A stretch of DNA of 57,559 nt, the filler included, from Sphacelaria rigidula (taxonomy: Eukaryota): the NCBI GenBank assembly GCA_964200075.2. It is 6 parts of 6 records of this genome, joined end to end, with 100 filler letters (N's around TTAATTAATTAA, not from the genome) between each part and the next. Parts side by side here need not be neighbours in the genome. Positions count along the whole stretch, not along the records: positions 19,223 to 28,732 come from CAXNAA020008329.1; positions 28,833 to 38,341 come from CAXNAA020008330.1; 4 more parts are not named here. One strand, 5' to 3'. A model generated the notes under the pieces. The model worked only from the letters and a program-made list of their open reading frames with translations, had not been told where the DNA came from and searched no databases. Positions 24,437 through 37,208 of this stretch are shown in pieces. Both the position numbers and the translations under genes were made by a program. Within the stretch, counting starts at the first letter, position 1; the number at the start of each line of letters is the position of its first letter.

Positions 24437-27400
24437 GGGGGGGGAGGCGTACTCATTTGTTGCTTGCCTTAGTCGGTCGACCATTGACCACGCACGCCTT
24501 CCGAAACGGAGCACCGTTCATACTCCTAATAGAGGCACCTCCAACATTTAGGTGCCCATTACGTTCCTTCCATATACACTACACAAAGCCCTTTTACATA
24601 TCTGATCCCCGTCCTGTTTTGCCGTCTGTGGCCACCATCTATCTCCTAGTATAGCCATCGATTTTTTCGCTATTATCTGATGCATCAAACGATTTCATCC
24701 CACTTCGTTCACGTCCCGCATTTCCCCCTCTAGCACGTCCCGTTCTTCCTTATGTAGCCTATATTCTGCCACTACATAAGCTCTGCTCTCTATTGCTTCA
24801 CCACAGGATCAGTTCTGTGCATCTACTCCCTCCTCCTTTTGACAACTGGTAAATATCTTTCTTCTTTCTGACAGGTCCAGGTCACTCACCCGAGATCGCA
24901 ATTCCAATTTTTTCGCCGTGTCCATTGGGCCATGCAGATATGTTTTCATCCCTATCTCCTCTCTCAACCCACCGTATATCTTGAGGTGTTCTTTCTCGTC
25001 TACTTTGCGTCGTAGCGCTCCTTTCCCCCTCATTTCGATTATGTCTCTTATTTTTGCCTTGTACCCCGCGCCTTCACCTGTGGACAGTATTTCGTCTTGG
25101 TTTTTTGCCATACGTTCTCGACCTCTCTATCCCACCTCATTCCAGCCTTCCCTTTCGTAATTTCTCTCCATACAGCCTTGTCAACTATAGCTGGCAATCT
25201 GTTTCTCTGCATGTTCTTTACGCTATACTGCCATCGCAATTTTCTCATTTCTCTGTTTGTTTCAAGTGGGCACATTCTCCATGTTATTTTACCTGTCGTT
25301 TTCGAGCATCGAAGCATTTTCTTAGCTGCTGCCATCTGTACTGTTCCCAACTTCTTCCCCAACTTCACGTTCCCCTCCCACACTTCTCCTGCATACTCCA
25401 GCTTTGGTACAATCACGTTCATCAGGATACATCTCTGAATTCTAGTATCTAGGTGCGAGTATCTGAGGATTACGTCCATCCTGCCTATTTGTGACTTACC
25501 CTTTTCGATTATTTTGTTCATGTGTGCATCCCAAGGACAGCGTTTTGAGATATCTGCGCCAAGGTATGAATACTGGTCCACGATCGGCAGTTCCCCTTCT
25601 CCCCACTTCCATTTAACCTCTACCGGATTTTTCTCATCTTCGTTACAGGCGAGTACCGCGTATCTGTTAACGTTCGCTGTTACCCTTCATTTCCTAGTGT
25701 TTTCTAGCGCCTTGTCTATCTGTGTCTGCAATCCTTCGGCTGTTCCTAAAATCCACACAAAATCATCCGACATCAATCCTGATACCATATCTTGACCCAA
25801 CTTGACCCCTTGCTTTGCTGCTTCTATTGCTAATATCAGGTCATTAATAAATACCTTGAACAGAGTGGGTGATAACGTTCATCCTCGTGCAACTCCTCGT
25901 AGAATATAAAAATATTTCGATATTTCCCCGTCTAGCATCATGGCACTTTTGGCATATTCTGTCATCTTCATCACTATTCTCCACATCTTTCCTCTGATCC
26001 CACTTTCCCACAACGTTTTCCACAGCCATTTTCTCCATACTATGTCATAAGCCTTTTGCACGTCCAGGAAGATACAGTACGTCGTCAGCTTGGCGTCTTT
26101 TCTACCTTGAATAATCTTACCTGGTGTGTACACATGGTCTACGCAACTACGGTTTGGTTGAAGACCTGCCTGCCCCTTCGCTGAGTTTCTCTTCCTTTTC
26201 TAGCATAATTCCTACTCTATCGTTCAGAACCTTACAGAATATTTTCCTCACCGTGCTTAGTAGTGGTATCCCTCCATAGTTCCCTGGGTCAGCCTTGTCT
26301 CCTTTTTTGAAAAGGTTGACAACTACTCCTCCTCTCCACCTGTTGGTTGGGTACTCGTTTTCCCGATCCAGCTATACAGCAGAACCATCATGGTAATCAT
26401 TCCCTCTCCCCCGTACCTAAGAAATCCCTTCACTATTTCGTCTGCCCCTGCTGCCTTCCTGTTCTTGAGTTCAGCTACGCACTCCTTTGCTTCATCTCTG
26501 GCGACTTCTCTTTGCAAATCTTTCGAGCCACTATCCTCCCGTTTTGACGTCTCTACATTTGCCTCTGCCCATGTGCTGATTTCTTTTTCGAGTTCTATGT
26601 CGAACTTCGTTGATTTTAGGCGTTCCTAGTTTACGGTAATGCTCGACTAGCACTTCTCTCTTCCCCTTCGAGCTGCTGACCATTTTTACCCTTCTGTGCC
26701 CGAAATTTGACTATCCCGTTGTCCATCCTTCCTGCCTGGTTTCACGTCATCCCTTTTATCCCTACCCACAATTGTTTGATTCCGCCATCGAAATTTTCAT
26801 TCGTTTTATTCACTACTTTTTCCCATACTCCCTTATTTTTCTTCTCTAACATCTTCTTTAGTTCCTTTCGAGCTTTAGTATACTTCTCCCATCCTACCAT
26901 AGTTTTACTCGATATGCATCTCGCGTGGGCCTCTCTCCTCCCTCTTATAGCCTGTTTTATTTCCTCATCCCACCATTTTACTGCTCTGTCGTATACGATC
27001 AGTTTCTTCTCTATGACTTTACTCGCTGTACTCTTGACCAACCGCTCCCGTCCTTCAGTAATCTTCGCTCCTGCCCAATTTCTTTCCATTTCGGTATGAA
27101 CTGTACCCACGCTTTCCAACAGCTCGGAAGATTTCACAGCATTTTTGGCTACCTCTTCATTGAACTGTTGCTGATTTTTCTCCATATCTAGTTTATCGAT
27201 GTTCCATTTGTACAAGTTTCTACCCCGCCTATTGCTTTGACCTCTCGTCTATTGGCTTTCTGTCCATATTATGCAATGATCTGTAGTTCCCACGTCCGCC
27301 GCGCATACATGTACTTCCATTTCTTTACTGTTTCCATGCTTTACCACTATATAGTCAAGAACGGACTTCTTCTCTCTTTTTTTTTTTAATTCTCTACTTG

Positions 27401-28732
27401 ATAGGCTTTGCGCCTCTGGCTCTTGTGCCTCCATCGTTCAGCGTCTTCATGTCGTATCAGCATTTCCACCCCACTCGTGCCCTTCTTATCTCCCTCGTAT
27501 TGTCCCATGATATCATCCGGTTGACCTGCTTTTTCTACCCTTGCACTAATATCTCCCACTAGCATTACTTCTCCTTGCATTTTATACTTATGTACATCTG
27601 CTACTATCTCCCTCAACCTCCGCTGTATATCGTTCATCCTACTCTTCGATGCTGGGGGGATTCAGGTGTTCCTCACGAATAAGTCCTTCGTTCCCCGCTC
27701 ACCTGGTGCTCGTATCCATATGCTCTCGTCGAATGTCGTGTCGTCGATCACTCCCATAATGCTACACAGGTATTCCTTGACTAAAAACCCTACTCCCCTC
27801 GCTCCCCTGCTCTTGGGGTTCTGTCCCTTGCGTTTTTTCCTTATCCATGCGTACTCTTCAGCTTTGCATCCTACTTCCGCCCCTTCTTCCTCGTATGATA
27901 CTTGGATTCCTACGATATCTAGGTCGTGATTTCTTACCTGTTGCGCTGGTTCTATTATTTTGCGCTTGCCTGTGGCGAATCCACACACGTTCCATGATTC
28001 CATGCTCAACTTCCTTTCCGAATCATTACCCACTCTCCTGTTGTCTACTGTTCTCTCTCCGTCGCTTTGACTTCTGCTTTCCCTTGCTTGCTTGTTCTTT
28101 CGGTTTCCTATTCGATCCTTGTCCATTCGCTTCGGACCGCTGTGTCCCCGCCCCTTCCCCTTCCGGGCACTTACTTGTTTCTGCTTCTCTTTCCCTCCAT
28201 TCACCCGTGGACTAGTCTTAGGTTTGTTGTTTCGTCAGCAATGCATACTCTTCATCCTACCTTTCGAATCCATGCCGACACCTTACTCGTCTCTATTCTT
28301 TCCCACTCCGTGCTCGCGCTCTGTTTAGCTTGACTCGAAAGTGTTCTCCTTCTCTTTCTCCTTTTCCTCTTGCCAAACAGTATAATCCAACTGCATTGCA
28401 TTTCTTTTTAAACTCCATCCTCGTCATATCGGGACGGACTTCGAATACCAGCACTACTAGTACCTTACCCGACCACTCTCTACTTCTTCATCCGCCCTTC
28501 CTTGCCGTCTCTCTCTCATTCTTCTTCGAGAGTATTTCCAACTTGTTCATTTTATTTGTCTCCGTGGGGTATCTTAAACGTACTGGGATATCCCAATCCT
28601 AGTACTCGTTGGGGGTCTGGTGTCTGTCAGTTCTTTTGCTGGCTCACCGACACTAAATTATGCCTCCAACACGGGCTCGTAGCCTGAAGCCAAGTTCATC
28701 ACCTTTGTCACAAGTACCCCACGTTTGTGCCA
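24437..28732 (-). mobile_element. Decayed LINE with APE endonuclease and reverse transcriptase; many stops and frameshifts
   Basis: APE motifs SWNVCG, LDIVGIQ, GVGFLV, LVGD, LDYI and TDH at ~28010-27250. RT motifs KAAGADEI, FLDVQKAYDIVWR, GVARG, MSDD and YSYLG at ~26500-25500. The 3' tip ends at a G/C run near 24440. Confidence 0.93.
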
Positions 28733-28832
28733 NNNNNNNNNNNNNNNNNNNNNNNNNNNNNNNNNNNNNNNNNNNNTTAATTAATTAANNNNNNNNNNNN
28801 NNNNNNNNNNNNNNNNNNNNNNNNNNNNNNNN
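28733..28832. other. Artificial contig linker
   Basis: 100 nt of N containing TTAATTAATTAA. Confidence 0.99.
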
Positions 28833-30131
28833 TCTAGAATCGTTAGGAGCCCCTGAACCAGACAAAAATTCGCGAAAAAAGTGCACCCCTACCGTAGCAT
28901 TGCTCTACTGTGACTCCCATCAATCCTCCCCCATGGGACTGATTCGGACCGTGGTTCGTCTCACTGCTCTCGTACCCTTCTTCTATAGTCATGGAGGAAT
29001 TTCGAGGGAAATGCTGCACTGCGGTACAGTCAACCCCACGTCCGGCATGTATGGATCATACGTCGTGGACTCGATAAATTATTCCAGAGAACTGGCGATG
29101 AGGTAGCAAGGAACCACATCGACATTGGCAACCGCAGTAGTTGTTCGTGCACGAAGGCGCAGAGGAAGCATGCGTGATAACGTTCAAAGACAAAACAGAT
29201 AATACGCGATGCAGAAGAGTTTGTATACACGCATGAATAGTGTACAACACCGCGGACAGAACTTCGTCGTACAACAGTACAGTATGTAGGGGGGGGGAGG
29301 GTCAGGGGCTGGGATATACACAATACAAAAGCATGCCGCAAGGTGCCATCATGCTAATATCAGTTCGCGTGAGCCAGATGCAGCTGCACGGATAAAAAGA
29401 CAGGGGAAGCTCAAGCATAGCAACCTGGAATCTTCAAGGGGTGCAGTTGAAACTATTGTGATGCTAGTTTACGCCAAGTGCTACTGGTCCTCGTGCGTCT
29501 ACAGTACAGTTGTGCGGTTGTGCTGGCAATGAGAGGAGTATTGTGCCACGGGCACCTGACCACGCGTTGGATGTATGCCAACTTTTTTGTATTGTCTCGC
29601 GCAGCAAACCGGTAGCAGATGCGCCGCTAATTACAGGGATTGCGACAGCTGCCGCGTAAACGAGTACACACGACCAAAGCCCTGCAAATCTCTACAGGGT
29701 GCCGGCAGGTCAACACGGGCGTTATCAGAAGCTGAATACAGTGTACTTCACTTGTGCATTTTTGCGGGTGCTCTATAGAAGTGCAGGAGCCCTATTTGTC
29801 TGCAAGACTTCAAACGCCCAGCGGAGTACGGTAGTGCTGTTCGCGCGCCACAGCAACGGTTTTGTTATTGACGAAGATATATATGATGATTCCCAAAAAC
29901 AAAATAACGACGACAGGCGCGCGATCTGTCTGTTCTACCTTTTGGTTAGAAAGACGGCGTAGTTCTGCGAGATTTATGTACTACTGCATACTCGCCGGCC
30001 GTGCGCGCCGTGATGTCGATGTTGCGGAGCTATAGAGGGAGAGGGAAAATGATGGCAGTCGGCTTGCGAGACTGATAGTACCAGGAGTAAGATTGACACG
30101 TGTTTGTCCTTGCATTGTACTGTTGTTGTAG

Positions 30132-32545
30132 TCGACTGCGGATGTATGGAGGCTGAGTTTTTCAGTATATGCCCAAGGCCGCAGATTGTGTCCGAATATG
30201 ACTTCATGGATGAAGGTTATCAACCATTATGCATTGAAGTCAGCAGTAACGTCGTCTGCACGATACCGGATACCTGCAGTTCAGCTTGTTTTCTCTGGGG
30301 TAACGGGGTATGTCACTACATACAACGGTCAGCAAATACCACTCACACGATGCGCCGTTTACTGGCTGGCTGCCCCATCTTGTGGACGGCCACTATTTTT
30401 CAGGTATACGGGACACTTCCAGCAGGTTGATGACCGTGCGAGTTCGGCTGTTACGTACATATGCAGATAGTTTCGCTCAATGGGCCGAGAAACCTTCATT
30501 CCATTCACTCACTTCTCGGGGCGCTGTTTTTGCACTACTCTCGGCTGGGACAAATCCCCTCCGACCAGATGAAGAAGCCATGCAACAGCTTCGCGAACAG
30601 GAACATACGCGGGACCACGGTGGTTTTGTAGCGACCATGTGGTGCATGAGGTTAGGGTGGGCACAACATACAGCACTACCTCTACGGCTCTGCAAAAGCT
30701 GCACGCGATGCTTCAACACGCACAACGACGCATCGGTCGACTGGGTACGGCGCGTGTTTTTCGGGGTTGGGCCCAAGTAGAACTGCATAAGCGAACCCAT
30801 CGGCATTTACAGCAAACATAGCGCAGTAAAAACAATGTCGACGGCACCACAATTCGTCATTTGCGTTCATAATTTTCCCAGTGTTATTTGGTGTTGTTGC
30901 TGACTCCCAAAAATGAAAAATACACTTGCCCCATCGACAACGTCTGATTGGTAAACCCCCCTGTTCCATGCGTGCTCTCGCATTGCCCTCTCCCAACAGG
31001 GAGGGATGTTTTCGCAGCCGTTTCGGTGCAAAATGTTCCACATCAGTGCTTGAGGAAATCCGCGGGCGGGAACGGATGTGGAAAACAAGCTCCCGGTCGC
31101 GGGATTTCATATCTCCATTTTTTCAAGGAAGGTTCCAATATTCAGGGTGAGTGTACGACACATCCGACACTTTCTACGATAGCCCCCCCCCCCAAAAGTG
31201 CATGGTTTGGGGGGGCAAAATCTTCACATAAATCGAAATGAGAAAAGCTGAGCACAACGAGAAGCTGGGAATTCTCACGCTTGGGGTCGTTCTAGCCAAT
31301 GCCGCCAATGTGAGGCGCTTCATGCAGCCTGAACCCGAACACCAGGCGTTGTATGGCCATTGTTTTCGTGACACTTTTAGCTGGTTTTGGGGGGGGGGCT
31401 ATCGTAGAAAGTGTCATCCGGAGCATTGGATACCGTAAATGGAAGCCGCAACTTGCTTGGACGTCTGTTTGTACTGAGTTTGGTCCCGTGTGCGCTACAC
31501 CACACTGCAGGTCGACTGAGCCGGGCGTTTCGACCGATGTACTGTAATCGTTTGTCTTGTAGACCACGGTACATATCAAGTGAGCTCATACCGTTCTTAG
31601 CACTACCATTACAGTAGTCAAAGTTCAAATATTGTATTCAGTCAATCAAGACTTATTCACAAAAATTTTGTCACTGTTACTCGAGAGTTTGAGAGTCGGT
31701 GGGCGTTGGAAAAAAAAGCAGGTCGTGCTCGAAATACATTTCTGAATTCTGTGATGTCCCAACGTGATGGAGGAAAACCCCGTTTATCAAGGGAGTGTTA
31801 TCGACCGTGTATGACCAAAACAAACGGTTTTTCGGCTGCAGCGTAGTGAGAACCGAAAATAAAAAGCAAAAACGAAGCCAATGAGTAATAATTCATTGTA
31901 ACGACCCGGATCGGTTCGGTCGAGCGAAAAATTCAAAGAGCGAGAACATGGGGCTGTTCACTCGTACCTACGGACTTCCAGATACCAGTGAGCCCGTATC
32001 TCGTTCAAAATTGGACATAAAAAAATAAATTGTTGGAAACTTGTGCCGGGTACTCGTCTCTCTCGATTCCCGGCGTTCGAGGCCAAACACGAACCGTGGT
32101 GAGTCGTCGTGACCAAAGAAAACTGAAGAAAAGGTTTTTGAATCGTAAAAATGCAACGTCTAAACTTTGACCGCTACATGTGCCCAATGACGTACATATT
32201 ATCGAAATAATTTTATGTTGTGTTAGATATCGGTCGCCCTCTCAGGAACATACCAGAGTGGATGGTAGCTAAACCAGTATACTCGTACGGCGACCTGTTT
32301 CTGCCCTGTATCGTTTCACAGCGCCACCCCTTCCCATGTATATACCATACCAACAGACAGGAATTTCCATGATTTCCCCCCAGCTAAGCGTTGTCTTGGG
32401 GACGTGGCGACGCCACCGTGCGCATCTCAGCGCCTCGCGAGAATTTTGGCCAATAGGGAATTCAAAAAGACGCAAGATGGAGGGCATTTCCGCCAGGGCA
32501 ACTTCCATGGTCCTTCCGACATACTCCGTGCACCGGGACTGCAAG
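30132..32545 (+). CDS. Putative spliced gene or pseudogene of unknown function (exons 30132-30215, 30467-30650, 31000-31146, 32361-32545; possibly more to ~33650)
   Basis: Four AG/GT-bounded exons join in frame (phases 1, 2, 2). The next candidate exon at ~32741 needs a frameshift. Confidence 0.45.
31167..31414. mobile_element. 248-bp MITE with ~30-bp TIRs and a 6-bp TSD
   Basis: ACACTTTCTACGATAGCCCCCCCCCCAAAA / TTTTGGGGGGGGGGCTATCGTAGAAAGTGT; CATCCG at 31161-31166 and 31415-31420. The interior resembles 39980-40080 in reverse. Confidence 0.8.
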
Positions 32546-34479
32546 GTAACTCACAAAGCAGGCTTACGGGCTGGTGCTCCCATTACTTGAGACAAATGTG
32601 GGAACAAAGATAAGCAACCCGAACAGCAGCATCATATACTACAAACGTTCGGTCCTCCACTATCGCTACACTGCCAGGGTGTACTACACTACGTGACCTG
32701 ATCGATTTTTCGGGCACGACTATCACTTCGCACTGTGCAGTCATATCCGACACGGCCTCGTGGCGATAGCAGAAATTTGGTGAACACGTTGCTGATACCA
32801 AGGCAAAAACAACAATACATGTTCGACGCCCAAACCATCGTCGTCCGGAAGTTTTGTGATAGATATTTGAGTGAACGGAAACAGTCATACATGGGATTTC
32901 CAAGACCTTGGGATATATATATCTTGGATTTCTTAGCTGAGGTTTTGAGGTTGTTCACCTGAAATTTTGAGGACACGTGCACATCGACCGTTGAAAGCCA
33001 TCCTTAACGATTCTCTTTTCAGCTCTTTCCCGAGGCAGGGGCGGATCTTTTTTCCGACATAGAGTCAAATGAGTATATCTTCATAACCAAGCGGTACTAA
33101 TGATGGCCTTGAAATGGCCGATGCGCAACTCCCCTCCAATTCCATGTACCGACTCCCAAACCTTGAGCGAAAAATCGTCGAGGACACTTTTTCGTGTCAA
33201 GTTCTGAGACAAGCCTGTATATATTCTCTAGCGGGAGCGTTCGGCTCGTTCGCCACACGGGCTAGCACCCAGACTGGGACTGCCGGCGCCGGTCCATGAG
33301 TGAGTCATTGCATTCGCAAAGGTACACGTTTCACACTCGCCGACCAACGCTCTACTGCGCGCACAAGTGAGTAGTTGGTAGATGGTTGCTTTTTCGTTAT
33401 ATGCGTGATAGATTCTCTCCCCTCCTCAGCATGTGCGCTCGAGGAGAGGGCAGTAAGTAGTGGACACCCTTCGCCGTGCTCATCTCGTTTACCCTACCGC
33501 CATTGCTCATCGATGCGATCGTCCGCTGCGAGTATAGCAAGCAACAACGACGCTTATATTCAACGGCCAACAACTCCACTGTAAACACACATATTGTAGG
33601 CGATACTTGGGGTTTTCTCTGTTTGCACACGGGACTAGGAGATGGATTTAATCTATGATTGATCGATTGTCGCACAGTAAATAATCCATAATATTTTATA
33701 GGCAGCATTCCATACTATTCGCGAGCAGCATCCCGTGGGCGACTGGGTTGTTTCTCTCCTTCCATAAGACCAACAGCACCACACCCCACTGCAACACAGG
33801 GACGTATCCTGCATCTTTGAGCTCGAGAGTCACTGTGAGCGGTAGTCGATGCAGAAATTTTGTTACGGGAGCTGGCATATGTTCTCCTTATCGTTGCCTC
33901 CACGGTGAGTATGATGACTGCAGTGAATGTACAGTACCACGAAACTAACTCTGTGCTTCCAGGACTGCGCGGCAAACCACACCACGTCATGAGGGGTCTA
34001 TTCGTACTCATCAGAACCCTGCATGCTGCATCAATCGAGGCAAGCCGAGCTGACCCATGTGATTGGCTGTTAGGGCCACCTCTTCCGCGGGTTGAGCGAA
34101 AGTGGTGCATTTCTCGACATCGTATTTGTGCTCACCGACGATACCCCGGCGTCCGTTTTTGTTTCGTCAGCATTTGCCCGTTGCGTACTACGAGTATCCT
34201 GGAGTTCATGATACCCAAAAATTGTTTGCAGTCGAAGGACGATAAAGCGATTGGGCAGCATGTTGTTCCTGGTTCTGCCCTTGTGTGCGGCTGTCCACGC
34301 AACGGAATGTGCCAACCGAGCAGAGCGAGGTCATGCAGTGATTCGTTTATTGCGACCAACTACCCCGTAGGTTGCATGACGCAAGGGCGACCCCAACACC
34401 GTTGCTACACCAAATGAGAAACATGTTACGTCGCTGCACGTATACTCTCTCTCCCCCCACTCGAGCCACACTCGATCTA

Positions 34480-35700
34480 ATGACCATCTAGAAATGTTCG
34501 CTGTGGGCGACGGCTTCTGACTCGTATGTACTTCTCGGCGCGGTCTCCCCATATTGTGTGACCTGGGAACAGGAAACTCATCTTCTGAGCCCAGCGCGGG
34601 GCGTTATTATACGGACTTGGCAGCGCGATCGCCGGCCCAGCAGTGTCAAGGGATAACTCTTGAGGACAAACGATGCAGGAGACACCCGGGGAGGGACTCG
34701 TTGTATTGCCACCATCATGGCCCTCCCCGCAGCGGTGAGCTGTGTACCGTTGTCCATGCCATGTAGCACGCACACCGAGTGGAGCGGCGCCAATCCATGC
34801 GACAATCTGCTTCTTGCGATCAACTACCGCACATACTGCTCCACCAGCAAGTTCGTTATCGACACATTTGTCGTGTCAAACGAAAACGCCATGCGTAGCT
34901 ACATATTTCCATCTTGGCTCGTGTACTCCCCCCCCCTCAAGCCATGCTTGAGTGCATGACGCCCAAGAGATGTTCGCTGTGGGCGACGGCTTCTGACTCG
35001 TATGTACTTCTCGGCGCGGTCTCCCCATATTGTGTGACCTGGGAACAGGAAACTCATCTTCTGAGCCCAGCGCAGGTTGCTCTTCTACGATATCGGAGGC
35101 GCGATCGCCGGCCCAGCAGTGTCAAGGGATAACTCTCAAGGGCAAACGATGCAGGAGACACCCGGGGAGGGACTCGTTGTATTGCCACCATCATGGCCCT
35201 CCCCGCAGCGGTGAGCTATGTACCGTTGTTAATGACACGTAGCACGCCCACGCCAACCCATGCGACGATTTGTTTCTTACGGCTAACCACTGTGCAGGTT
35301 ATATGACCGGATGATTCTTATCGACACGGTTGCTGTCAAGCGAAAACGTCAAACAAAGGTGCGCATTTCCATCTCGGCTCGTATACTTTCTCGCGCCGTC
35401 AAACCGTGCTTGAGTGTATGACGCCCCAGAAATGTTCGCTGTGGACGATGACTTCTGACTCCCGTGTGCCTCCTCGCGTGATCTCCCCATGCTGTACATC
35501 CTGGGAGTAGGTAAGTCATCATCTCAGCCCAATGTGGGGCGCCCTTTTGCGACCTCGGCGCCGCCGTCGTCTGCCTTCCAGTGTAGCGGGAGGATTTCTG
35601 AGGACAAAAAGTGCAAGAACTCTCCAGGGAGGGACTCTCAGTATTGCCACTTTCATGACCCTTCCCGCAGCGGTGAGGACGTACGCGCTGAGCACGATGC
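34480..35700 (+). repeat. Three tandem exon-plus-intron units (periods 476 and 462 bp)
   Basis: ATGTTCGCTGTGG.CGA.G.CTTCTGACTC at ~34494, ~34970 and ~35432; units 1 and 2 are very similar, unit 3 is more diverged. Confidence 0.92.
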
Positions 35701-37208
35701 GTCGCGGACTGCAAGACAAACCGCATGTCCGTGAAAAATTACGAGTATAACATTTTTGGGCTTTTTGCTTCAAGCTTCCACGGCGGTCAACTGCGGTGGT
35801 GCATCGTGGTGTAAGGTACATTTCTGCTGCGGTGTCGCGCAAGTTCATAAATCCAGTACCGTAGCATACCGCCTAATCGCACGATCGTGACTTTCCATAA
35901 CCGTGGAATACCGTGCCGCGAATCCCTGGTACCGTGCCGCAGATTTCCTGTGCCATGCCGTACCATACCGGGGATTGCCGATGATATCATACCGTGCAAA
36001 GGCCGTGAAATACCTATCGTCAATATTTCGTTCAAGAACTGCTGATTATCACGGAACGAGAACGTTCCCCCGGGTCTTGTTTACACGCGCTCAAGAATAC
36101 ATACGGTACAATACACGCAGCTAAATGGCTGTACTTGGGCCATGCAAAGAACCACGACTCCGCGATCGGATACCCAGTGTTTCTATTCCCGCGGGGGAAG
36201 CCCAACGAATTTGAGTTGACCTTGTGAAAACCGCAGTCCTTTTGGCCTCTCGCCGTCCCGACGTGCACTTCACAGGTATCGCACACCCTGCACCGCAGTG
36301 ATACCGAGAAAATCAAGTGCCATGCCGTCGCAAGCACTCCCCGGATACCGCTTCCGAGCAAAGCACTGAACATCTCCAGTGGAAATCCACTTTCGCCCGG
36401 AAGAAAATGGGCGGGGGAAAGACACACCTGTTCGATCCCACACAAATACGTATCCTATTTTGTTCGCGTTCGTAGGTTGGACGTGTTTTGTCAGCACTTC
36501 TCCCTCGCCCTGAATTTCGCGTGATGCGAAGTCGCCCCAACGGCTGCGATGAACCTCTTGTGGGACGTTTGCCGGCACCCCATGCCATGATTTGCACGTT
36601 CCCCACTGGCCCCACGTACAGTAACAGTGGACGAGCCGACCGATGCCCAGACGAAGAAAACGTTGGACGCACAAGCCCTGAAAATACTCGAGAAGGGCCC
36701 GACACCCCAGGATGGCGAAGGGGTTGTCTACATACTACGTGTCCGCGGTCAGAAAGACGAACCGTTCAAGGTTGGGATGACCATAGGCCTCAAAAAACGC
36801 ATAGCGACGCTCAAGAGCCAGAACAAGGAGGAGTACGAGCTTGTCGGCTTCTGGAGCGTGCGCTGGCGAAAGAGATGTGAACAGGCGTGCCACGCTGCCA
36901 TGGAGGACAGGCGATTGCTCCACAGGCTGAAGGGGGACAAAACGAAGCAGAACGGAGGTAGCGAGTGGTTCCGCGGGGACGAGCAGGCGATCATAGACAT
37001 AGTGGACGGGGTGGTACGCTCGGCAAACACAATCGCTGCGGGAAAAAACAAAACACACGATAGGAAAACATCTGCTGTAACCCCGAGCGCCCCCTGCAGT
37101 CTGATGGTACAACGGACACCAAGAGGGTGGGGGAAACACGGGTTCGAATCCTGCCAGATGCGCCTTGTTTTCTTTTTGTCCTCAGAACTGATCGATTTCC
37201 GTCCTTGA
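34573..37208 (+). CDS. Spliced gene, 5' end not found: three C-x9-C-x10-C-x2-H zinc-finger exons (34573-34734, 35049-35210, 35511-35672) plus a T5orf172/MUG113-type GIY-YIG nuclease exon (36622 or 36628 to ~37208)
   Basis: Each finger exon is 162 bp, bounded by AG| and G|GTGAG, phase 1-1. The last exon starts in phase 1 and reads GVVYIL...FKVGMT...KRIATL...EQACH...GGSEWF. Confidence 0.8.
37100..37180 (+). other. tRNA-derived SINE-like head (Pol III A and B boxes)
   Basis: TGGTACAACGG A-box-like at ~37105, GGTTCGAATCC B box at 37141, closing TCTG/CAGA stem, then a T-rich run; no anticodon arm. Confidence 0.45.
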
